A stretch of DNA of 64,000 bases from Candidatus Enterosoma merdigallinarum (GTDB lineage Bacteria > Bacillota_I > Bacilli_A > RFN20 > CAG-288). This document shows, one piece after another, positions 27,508 through 34,980 of the stretch. The notes beneath the pieces were generated by a model, which worked only from the letters and a program-made list of their open reading frames with translations, did not search any database and was not told the DNA's origin. The stretch is taken from positions 93,657 through 157,656 of the forward strand of contig DVNL01000007.1 in NCBI GenBank assembly GCA_018714385.1, read 5' to 3'. How positions within the stretch are numbered: position 1 is the stretch's first letter; each line of letters begins with the position of its first letter. The position numbers and the translations under genes are program-made.

Positions 27508-27536
27508 ATTATAAAAACAGGAAAATAGACTTTCAA
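27508..27536 (-). promoter_or_regulatory. Sigma-A-type promoter of the Sel1-repeat gene
   Basis: Minus strand: TTGAAA (27531-27536), 17-nt spacer, TATAAT (27508-27513). Confidence 0.6.
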
Positions 27537-27650
27537 GAAAAGTTGATGAATTGGGCCATTTTCCCCCTTGTTTCTTCTTGTGCGGAAAAAGCAATCTCTT
27601 TTTTCCCGTTTCTTTGCCACTGATTCCAAGGGGAGGGGTGAAAAAAGCCA

Positions 27651-27679
27651 TTGAAGATAAATATCTTTTGTGGTATATT
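27651..27679 (+). promoter_or_regulatory. Sigma-A-type promoter of rplS
   Basis: TTGAAG (27651-27656), 17-nt spacer, then TGgTATATT (extended -10; hexamer at 27674-27679). Confidence 0.6.
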
Positions 27680-27685
27680 CCTTTT

Positions 27686-27775
27686 GCCCATTTTGGGCTT
27701 CACCTTCAGTCCGCTAGGCGCGTCACATGCCCATGAATGAGGGGACAACACAATGAATTCCAAAGGAGAACAGCA
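27686..27775 (+). promoter_or_regulatory. About 90-nt 5' UTR of rplS; candidate L19 autoregulatory leader
   Basis: Long untranslated leader between the predicted TSS and the AAGGAG SD. An L19 leader element is known upstream of rplS in Bacilli, but I could not verify the consensus structure by eye. Confidence 0.3.
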
Positions 27776-28258
27776 ATGAACAAGAACTTGGTTCAGCAGA
27801 TCACTGCCACCCAGATCCGCCACGACATCCCGGACTTCGTCACCGGCGATACCGTCCGTGTCATGGTCACCATCCGTGAAGGAAACAAGGAGAGACAGCA
27901 GGCCTTCGAAGGCGTCGTCATCTCCATCCGCGGAACGGGCGTCAGCAAGACCTTTGTCGTCAGAAAGGATTCTGCCGGCATCGGCGTCGAAAGAAACTTC
28001 TTTGTCAACTCCCCCGTCCTGGCTTCCATCACCGTCCTCAAGCACGGCAAGGTCAGAAGAAAGAAGATCTTCTACCTGAGAGACAGGAGAGGCAAGGCCG
28101 CCCGTCTGGAAGAGGTCATCCGCAAGGACAAGATCGCCGCCAACTTGGCCGCGACCAAGACCAACGCCGACAAGAAGAAGGCCGCCAACAGGGAGAAGGC
28201 CAAGGCCGCCAAGGAAGCCAAGGCTTCCGAGCAGGCCGCTGCTGCCGAAAGCAAGTAA
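27776..28258 (+). CDS. rplS: 50S ribosomal protein L19 with about 45-aa Lys/Ala-rich C-terminal extension
   Basis: [36 protein letters not shown] is the canonical L19 core. AAGGAG upstream of ATG 27776. The tail is [44 protein letters not shown]. Confidence 0.95.
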   Translation: MNKNLVQQITATQIRHDIPDFVTGDTVRVMVTIREGNKERQQAFEGVVISIRGTGVSKTFVVRKDSAGIGVERNFFVNSPVLASITVLKHGKVRRKKIFYLRDRRGKAARLEEVIRKDKIAANLAATKTNADKKKAANREKAKAAKEAKASEQAAAAESK

Positions 28259-28308
28259 AGGACTTGCACCCAATCGATTCGTCTCATTTCAATCCATGTG
28301 ACAAACAA

Positions 28309-28330
28309 GCCGGCACTCGCCGGCTTTTTT
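28309..28330 (+). terminator. Terminator after rplS
   Basis: GCCGGC actc GCCGGC followed by TTTTTT. Confidence 0.8.
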
Positions 28331-28371
28331 CCTAAAAGAGACGGCATCATGCCGGAAAGGAGAAAAACATT

Positions 28372-30594
28372 ATGAAAAGAAAAATTTTCTTCCTTGTCTT
28401 CCTTCCTACCATGATTTTAATGGCTTCCTGTCAAGGAGAGGGATCTTCCCTTTCTTCTTCTTCTTCTTCTTCGTTGCCTCCATCTTCGACGGGAACAAGC
28501 CAGATAGCCCCGACAGTAGAAAGCTATGCCTTGGAAGTCTCCAGTCTTCCTTCCAAGACGACCTACAATCGCTATGACACCCTGGAACTTTCCGGCCTTG
28601 TCGTTCAGCTTGTCGGTCTGTCTAAAGAGGGAGAGGTCCTCAAGGCGGAAGCGTTCGACGACTACACGCTTTCCATGGATGCCGTTGAAGTCTCAGAAGG
28701 CTTCCTCTTGGCCACTTCGGGAATGAGAAAGACGATTACGGTTCTCTCGCAGAGCGAAGAATATCCGGGGCTGAGCACTTCCTTCACGATTCGAGTCAAT
28801 TCTCTCCAATCCATGAATCAGTGGCTGGAAATGGAGGGAGAGATTCCGACCTATTATTCTCTTGGCGACACCTTCTTACTGCCGGAGATCGCCTTCACTT
28901 TGAGGACGGAGAGAGTCGATATCGACGGAAACGTCCTCAAAAGCGAGACGCTCCTTTCCCTCGACGATCTTTCTTTCACGATCGATGGCGAGGATGCCGA
29001 AGGCTATTTCTTTGAAAATCCCGGACGTCATTCTTTCAAGGCGACAGTCGATGGACTGGAAGAAGAAATCGTTTTTGAAAGAACCATCTATTCGCTTGCA
29101 AAGGAAAATGCCGACCCTGATACATTTCCGGAAGAGGGAAAGCTGACTCCGGACGATTCAACGATGACCGTTCGTATCGTGCAAGACGAAGCGGATGCCA
29201 GTTTCGACAACTTCTACGCTCCGGAGGATGTCGTCATCGATTATGGCATCTACGAGTATGGAAAGAACGCCTATGACGAATGGGTCTATGCGCCGAGCAA
29301 GCCTCTGGAGGAAGCGACAGTGGCCAAAACACCGCTCTTGGTCGTCCCGGTCATTCTTCCGGGGGCGGAAAAGGAAGCCGACGAGTCGAAACGGGAACTC
29401 ATCCGGAAGACGTTCTTCGGCGCTTCCGGGGATCTCGCCTATGAGTCTCTTCACTCCTACTATTGGAAATCGTCCTTCGGGAAGCTGGACATCACCGGCA
29501 CTGTGACCGACTTCTTCTATGCCGGCGACATGAGCGACCTGCCTGCGACGGGATCTTTGACGCCTGCCCTTCTTTCCGACCTCGCCGAGGATGCCTGCGA
29601 ATGGGCAAAGACGGCCTACGACCTGGATTTCGACGATTACGACAGCGATGACGACGGCACCGTCGATGGCGTCTGGATGGTCTTCATCGGAAGGGAGAGC
29701 AACGACCTTTCCGGGTACTGGGGCCTTTCCGGGACCACCGGCTACAAAGGGACGAAAGAGGATCCTGCCGTCAACAACTATGGATTCATCGGCATGGACT
29801 TCATCGATGGCAGCTATTCTTCCGGCATGGACAAGGGAGGCGATGCCCATGTGGTCATCCACGAGACGGGACACATGCTCGGGCTGATGGATTACTACAG
29901 CTATGATGGCGACACCTACAGTCCACTCGGCGGTCTGGACGTCATGGACGGGGGAATCATGGATCACAATCCCTATTCCAAGATGCTCCTTGGATGGACC
30001 AAGCCGTACATCGTCTATGGCAATGCCGAGATCACGATCCCTTCCTGTCAGCAGGAGGATGCCCTTATCGTGATTCCTTACGAAGGGAAGACCTACGACG
30101 TCGATGCGGATGGAAAAGTCCATTTCAACCCGTTTGACGAATATCTCGTCCTGGATTATTACACGGATTCCAACTTCAATGCCGTCGGCTATGACTATGC
30201 CGGCGACTATCCGGTCCAAGGCGAGGGCGGAAGGCTTTACCACGTCGATTCCCGCCTTGCCTATCGTTCCGGAGCGGAATATCTTCTGTTCGAAAATCCC
30301 GATGACGCCCTCTCCTATGACGGCAAGGTCGCCAAGCTGATCACCAACTCCCGTACCTCCGAATATGGCGAGAGTGCCCTCGGTCTCAAGAATGCCGATG
30401 CCTTCGACGAAATCCGGTGGATCTCCAAGGATGGCGTCTATGTCGACTATGCCAAGGGAAAGCCCAACGAGGATGCGCTCTTCCTTCCCGGGGATATCTT
30501 CTCCCTTTCGGAATACGTCTCCCAGTTCGTCGACGGAAGCTTCGACAACGGGAAGGCATGCGATTATCGCTTCGAGATTCTCTCTATCGCCTGA
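28372..30594 (+). CDS. Lipoprotein: two Ig-like (Big_3-type) repeats + M6/InhA-like zinc metalloprotease domain (HExxH intact)
   Basis: Signal peptide with lipobox ILMAS|C and a poly-Ser linker. Ig-like repeats (YALEVSSLPSKTTYNRYDTLELSGLVVQLVG). Catalytic region HVVIHETGHMLGLMDYYSY ... GGLDVMDGGIMDHNPYSKMLLGW resembles the M6 family domain. Confidence 0.85.
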   Translation: MKRKIFFLVFLPTMILMASCQGEGSSLSSSSSSSLPPSSTGTSQIAPTVESYALEVSSLPSKTTYNRYDTLELSGLVVQLVGLSKEGEVLKAEAFDDYTLSMDAVEVSEGFLLATSGMRKTITVLSQSEEYPGLSTSFTIRVNSLQSMNQWLEMEGEIPTYYSLGDTFLLPEIAFTLRTERVDIDGNVLKSETLLSLDDLSFTIDGEDAEGYFFENPGRHSFKATVDGLEEEIVFERTIYSLAKENADPDTFPEEGKLTPDDSTMTVRIVQDEADASFDNFYAPEDVVIDYGIYEYGKNAYDEWVYAPSKPLEEATVAKTPLLVVPVILPGAEKEADESKRELIRKTFFGASGDLAYESLHSYYWKSSFGKLDITGTVTDFFYAGDMSDLPATGSLTPALLSDLAEDACEWAKTAYDLDFDDYDSDDDGTVDGVWMVFIGRESNDLSGYWGLSGTTGYKGTKEDPAVNNYGFIGMDFIDGSYSSGMDKGGDAHVVIHETGHMLGLMDYYSYDGDTYSPLGGLDVMDGGIMDHNPYSKMLLGWTKPYIVYGNAEITIPSCQQEDALIVIPYEGKTYDVDADGKVHFNPFDEYLVLDYYTDSNFNAVGYDYAGDYPVQGEGGRLYHVDSRLAYRSGAEYLLFENPDDALSYDGKVAKLITNSRTSEYGESALGLKNADAFDEIRWISKDGVYVDYAKGKPNEDALFLPGDIFSLSEYVSQFVDGSFDNGKACDYRFEILSIA
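28452..28472 (+). repeat. (TTC)7 trinucleotide microsatellite encoding a poly-Ser linker
   Basis: Read in frame as CTT (TCT)6 TCG = LSSSSSSS, immediately after the lipobox of the M6-like lipoprotein. Confidence 0.9.
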
Positions 30595-30600
30595 GAAAAA

Positions 30601-30627
30601 GGGTGCCATCGAAAGGGCACCCTTTTT
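30601..30627 (+). terminator. Terminator after the M6-like lipoprotein gene
   Basis: GGGTGCC atcgaaa GGGCACCC followed by TTTTT. Confidence 0.75.
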
Positions 30628-30635
30628 GATGCCGG

Positions 30636-30660
30636 AAAAAGGCCGACCCGAAGGCCGGCC
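30636..30660 (-). terminator. Terminator after lipoprotein paralogue A
   Basis: Minus strand GGCCGGCC ttcg GGTCGGCC followed by TTTTT. Confidence 0.65.
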
Positions 30661-30671
30661 ATATCGTCATT

Positions 30672-32204
30672 TCAGTTGCCTTGGAAGGCGTCCCAGGAGT
30701 CGAGGAAGTATTGAGGGAAGGTTGTGCTGTCGATGTCCTTGAGGGTGAAGGTGACGTGGTATTCGTCGCCGGAGACTCCGAAGCGGGCCTCGACCTTGTC
30801 GATCCGCCCGTCCTTGACAGTCAGGCTTAGGCCGTCGCCGTTTGTCTCCAGGGCTTCGGAGTTGACGCCGAGGAACCCGTTGTCGAAGTAGGAGCCGATG
30901 CTCTTGAAGAGCGAAGAATCCGGGGTGTAGACGCCGTTTTCCTCCGTGAACACGTTCGGGGAGACCTGGTCGAAGGAGGGGATGAGATCCTCCCAGGTGT
31001 CGATGACGTAGGGATAGCTGGAGGAGACGTAGATGACGGCCCAGTTCCATCCGAGTGTTCCGGAAAGATAGTTGTAGCCGAGCCATTTTCCGGCGAATTC
31101 GCCGCTCGTCTGCCTGGCGGCGACATAGTCGTAGTTATCGCCGGCTGTGTAAAGGGCGTCATCCTCGCCCTGATGGTAGAAGGCCAATCCCGCTTCGTTG
31201 TCGTAATAGGCGGTGGTGATGGTCTTTGTCTTTTTCGTCACGTTCTCGATCGTCTTGACGTAAGTGAAGTTCTTGGCATCCTTGAGGCAGTTCAACGCTG
31301 TCGCAAGATCCGGATTGTCGTTCGTGAGAGGGACGATGTGGGAAAGGACATTCTCGCCAAAGCGGCTGTAGGAGAGGCGAAGGGTGGAAGTGCGGGTGAA
31401 AGTCTCTCCGACGAGTTCGGGAGTGGTGAAGTCGACTGTCGCCACTTCGCCTTTCGAGTTGAGGTTGACGATGCAGTCGGTGACCCAGTTCACGGAAGTG
31501 GCCTTGTAGCACTCCGTCAGGAACTCCGCCTTGTCGAGAGCAAGATGGATGTTTCCGTCTTCTCCGTAATAAAGATCGTTCGCTGAGATGAAGTCCCAAG
31601 GGTTTCGGTAGTTGTTTTCGAAGACGATGGGGTCGTAGACGCCTGTCTCGGGATTGTATTCGGAAGGCAGGGATGTCGTGACCGAGTTGTCGATGTTGAG
31701 GACTTCGCTATAGGCTAAGCCCGTCTCGCTGTCCTCAAAGATCGTCAACGGCGTGATGTCGTAGACACGTGTGGCATTGGGATCGGGCTCGCCCGTTTCT
31801 TTGATGAGATCGGCGTTGGTGCGGGCGCCTTCCTCGTGATAGCCGCGCTCGATGGTGCCGTCTTCGAGCGTCTTGTAGCTGTAGGTGTAGTTGGCGTCGG
31901 TGCTGGTTTGCAAATCGGCAGTCAGGGGCGAATCGGGATGGAGGACCCGGACGGTGGAGGCGAGATTGACGATGTGGCTGTTGCGCTTCAGGCTGTTGAC
32001 CGCCGTGACGAACTCTTCTTCGGGCTCGGGTTCCGGCTCGATGGAGGGGGTAGAGGGAGCCGGCGTGGACGGGGACTGGGAGGAGGGCGTGTTAGAGGAG
32101 CCGGGGAGGGAAGAAGAAGGTTGAGAGGAAGAGTTGTTCTGGCAAGAGGCAATCAAGAGGAGGGAGGGCAGAAGAAGGAAAAGGGATTTCACTTTACTTT
32201 TCAT
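30672..32204 (-). CDS. Lipoprotein of unknown family (paralogue A of a tandem triplet)
   Basis: Lipobox LLLIAS|C and Ser/Pro-rich linker; 510 aa. Shares motifs with the two upstream genes (YRNPWDFISANDLY, NPDLATALNCLKDAKNFTY, SPNVFTEENGVYTPD). GGAG SD overlaps the stop of the preceding gene. Confidence 0.8.
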   Translation of the reverse strand: MKSKVKSLFLLLPSLLLIASCQNNSSSQPSSSLPGSSNTPSSQSPSTPAPSTPSIEPEPEPEEEFVTAVNSLKRNSHIVNLASTVRVLHPDSPLTADLQTSTDANYTYSYKTLEDGTIERGYHEEGARTNADLIKETGEPDPNATRVYDITPLTIFEDSETGLAYSEVLNIDNSVTTSLPSEYNPETGVYDPIVFENNYRNPWDFISANDLYYGEDGNIHLALDKAEFLTECYKATSVNWVTDCIVNLNSKGEVATVDFTTPELVGETFTRTSTLRLSYSRFGENVLSHIVPLTNDNPDLATALNCLKDAKNFTYVKTIENVTKKTKTITTAYYDNEAGLAFYHQGEDDALYTAGDNYDYVAARQTSGEFAGKWLGYNYLSGTLGWNWAVIYVSSSYPYVIDTWEDLIPSFDQVSPNVFTEENGVYTPDSSLFKSIGSYFDNGFLGVNSEALETNGDGLSLTVKDGRIDKVEARFGVSGDEYHVTFTLKDIDSTTFPQYFLDSWDAFQGN

Positions 32205-32216
32205 GTCGTTGTCTCC

Positions 32217-33491
32217 TTACAGGATGTCCAGGTCGATCCAGGCGGGGAGGGATGTCGTCCCGTAATCGGAGAAGCTGTCACGGAAGGTGACATTGTTCGC
32301 ACCGGCGATGACGCCGACGGCTTCCTGGACCTTGCCGTCGGAAAGGGTAACATATCCGCTGACGCCGTTTCCGCTTCCCATGCCGAAGGTGGACGGGATC
32401 ATGGCGCTGGCGCCATAGGCGGTCGCTTCGTCGATGAGGAGATAGAGTCCTTCTCTGTCTTCCTCGAAGAGGGCGGGAGAAATCGTGAACAAGCCATTGA
32501 GATATTGATCGACAGGGCTGACCCTGTTGATGCCTTCTTGGACGGGAAGGCCGTTTTCCATGCGGTAGACGGTGTAGATGCCGCCGGCTCCCGTACGATA
32601 GAGCCTATCATCGTTTTTTGGACCTTTGCTGCGGCTGTCGGCCTGGAAGTAGACAGCATCCTCGGTGACGAAGAGGCGGCTTTCTTTCTCCAGTCCGTTG
32701 GAGGAGAAACTGGCAGTGAAGTTGCTTCCGAAGCCTTCCAGGGCCGTTTTCAGGTCGGCGTTCTCGCGGGTGCTGGGGGAGAGGTGGTCGAATTCGGGAA
32801 TGTTTCTGTCGATTTCCACGACGACATCCATGGTCGAGACGATGTTGGCAAAGCCGCTATCGGTGGCAATGCCCATCTGCTTGTCGGCGATTTGGAATGT
32901 CATGCCGATGATTTCATCGCCATCCAGGACGAAGGAGGCGGAAAGGACATGACGATCGATTCCGGCCCATGTCTCAAGAAGGAAGGACGCTTTCTGGCTG
33001 TCCAGGGAGAGGTCTTCGCCGATATCGGAGACTTCGATGTAGTTGAAAGGATTGCGGAAGACGTCCGCATAGAGGATATCCATGCCAAGGGATCCGTAGG
33101 CGACGGTTCCGACGGTGTTGTCCGGAAGGAGGACTTCCTGGTAGGCTCCGTTGTTTTCGCCCCGGAAGTAGACTTCCGTGCGCGAGCCGATATATTCCCG
33201 GACGGCAGGAACGGATTTTCCCTCTTCGACGATATGGCCATAGTCTCGACGGAAGGAAGCGGAATAGCTTGTGTCGAGGAACTCATAGCCCTCGGGATAG
33301 ATGAGGGTCTCGGTATAGTTGCCCTGCACGCCATAGCCATCCTTCATCAAAGACAGAATCTGGGAAGGCGTCAATCCGGTCGCCGAGGCGCCGTTGGCCT
33401 TCTTGAGGAGCTCGGAGGTAGAGGCTCCTGCGCAGCCGGGAAGGGCGAGAAGGAGGGCGGGCAGGAGAAGGAACAGTTTATTCGTTTTCAT
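32217..33491 (-). CDS. Lipoprotein of unknown family (paralogue B)
   Basis: Start set to ATG 33491 (MKTNKLFLLLPALLLALPG|C). Motifs FRNPFNYIEVSDIG, NADLKTALEGFGSNFTA, SPALFEEDREGLYLLID and FSDYGTTSLP match paralogues A and C. Confidence 0.8.
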   Translation of the reverse strand: MKTNKLFLLLPALLLALPGCAGASTSELLKKANGASATGLTPSQILSLMKDGYGVQGNYTETLIYPEGYEFLDTSYSASFRRDYGHIVEEGKSVPAVREYIGSRTEVYFRGENNGAYQEVLLPDNTVGTVAYGSLGMDILYADVFRNPFNYIEVSDIGEDLSLDSQKASFLLETWAGIDRHVLSASFVLDGDEIIGMTFQIADKQMGIATDSGFANIVSTMDVVVEIDRNIPEFDHLSPSTRENADLKTALEGFGSNFTASFSSNGLEKESRLFVTEDAVYFQADSRSKGPKNDDRLYRTGAGGIYTVYRMENGLPVQEGINRVSPVDQYLNGLFTISPALFEEDREGLYLLIDEATAYGASAMIPSTFGMGSGNGVSGYVTLSDGKVQEAVGVIAGANNVTFRDSFSDYGTTSLPAWIDLDIL

Positions 33492-34980
33492 TTTGCACTC
33501 CAAAGATATTGAGGATGGCGATGTCGACCGCATCGGAAAGGGAATCGACCGTCCTCAAGTCGGTGGTTCCGAAGTCGGAGAAGGACGTTTGAGTGGTCTG
33601 AAGGGTGCCGGCCGTATCGAGATAGGTCAATTCGAAGGTGGGGTTCTCGGGTTTCGTGATATCGATGGTCAACGTCTTGAAGCCGAAGGTCAGGGCAACG
33701 CTGTCATCGACGTAGAACTGGGCGGAGATATGGGAGAGATAGTCGCCGACGCCGAGGATGGCCGTGAGGACCTCGATGGCAAATTCCCTGTTGTAGTGTT
33801 CGAAGGCGGAAAGGTCGAAACAATAGACACCTTCCTCCTCTTTTTCGAAGAATTCGGCGCTCAGTTGGGAAAGAGTCGGGATGGCCTGGGCGATGGAAGG
33901 ATAGAATTCGTTGCTGACCATGCCGAACTGGCCGGAGACCGGCGTGACGCCGACTGCCCAATAGCCGTAGGTGACTTGCTGGCTTTCGTCGCTTTGCCAG
34001 CCGTAGCCAAGGCCGGTGTAGACCGTCCCTGTCCCATCGTTGAGTCCGCCGAAGTCGGAGAGCATGAGGCCAAGGCCTTCTTCCATGTCGCCGGTGTAGG
34101 GGAGGTCGTAGTAATTGCGATAAATCGCCGGCAAACCGCTGTCGCCGGCTTCCGTCATGAGAACACGCTGGGTGAAGTTTCCGGAGCGGATGTTGTCGCC
34201 GAGGGTGTCGATGGCGTTTTGAAGGGCTTCTCTCTCCGAGGCAGGGAGGGTCGAGGCGATCGGGGCAAGACGCGGGATGGAAGGCAGGACCTCCAACGTG
34301 GCTTCGACGTGTTCCACGATGCCGCCATAGGCATCCGTCTTGACATGGTCGAAGGAAAGCGTTTCAGGAATTCCATTTTCATCAGCCGTGATGACGATAT
34401 CATCGGCATAGCTCGTAAGAGAATAAGAATCCCAAGTATAGGAGTCGTGCATGGGATAGAAGGCGTCAAGGCTTGTCGCCAAGATGGGTTCGCCATAGGC
34501 GCTCGGCAGGACACGATAGCCTTCTTCCGTCTCTTCAAGAGTGAAGAACTTGTCGATGTTGTCTTCGGTAAGGGCTTGGAAGGGGCTGCCGTAGGTGCTG
34601 TCGAAATCGATGAGCGTCGGTTCCGTCTTGCCGTCGTCCAAGGCCGTGGAGACGACATCGTTGTGGATGTTGAGCGTCTCTTCGATGGTATTGCCATCCT
34701 CATCACGGATATAGCTGTGTCTTTCGCCGATTCCGTTTCCGATGGCCGTCATCGTGTTCCTTGCCGTTTCCCCGACCTCATCGACGAGGCGGTATGTGGT
34801 GTCGCTATAGTTGCTGGTGATCTGGGCTTGGATGCGGACATCTCCGGAAAGGGAATCGAGGAGATTGTCGAGAACGACGGAATCGGCCTTTGGGGCCTTC
34901 TTGACAGGCGCAGTGGTGTCGAGCGTCTGGCATGCGGAAAGAAGGAGAACGGGAAGGACGAGCAATGCTTTCTTTTTCAT
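33478..34980 (-). CDS. Lipoprotein of unknown family (paralogue C)
   Basis: MKKKALLVLPVLLLSA|C lipobox. Motifs SAEFFEKEEEGVYCFD and FSDFGTTDLR are shared with B and A. The start ATG shares its A with the TGA of the upstream gene. Confidence 0.8.
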   Translation of the reverse strand: MKKKALLVLPVLLLSACQTLDTTAPVKKAPKADSVVLDNLLDSLSGDVRIQAQITSNYSDTTYRLVDEVGETARNTMTAIGNGIGERHSYIRDEDGNTIEETLNIHNDVVSTALDDGKTEPTLIDFDSTYGSPFQALTEDNIDKFFTLEETEEGYRVLPSAYGEPILATSLDAFYPMHDSYTWDSYSLTSYADDIVITADENGIPETLSFDHVKTDAYGGIVEHVEATLEVLPSIPRLAPIASTLPASEREALQNAIDTLGDNIRSGNFTQRVLMTEAGDSGLPAIYRNYYDLPYTGDMEEGLGLMLSDFGGLNDGTGTVYTGLGYGWQSDESQQVTYGYWAVGVTPVSGQFGMVSNEFYPSIAQAIPTLSQLSAEFFEKEEEGVYCFDLSAFEHYNREFAIEVLTAILGVGDYLSHISAQFYVDDSVALTFGFKTLTIDITKPENPTFELTYLDTAGTLQTTQTSFSDFGTTDLRTVDSLSDAVDIAILNIFGVQNENE

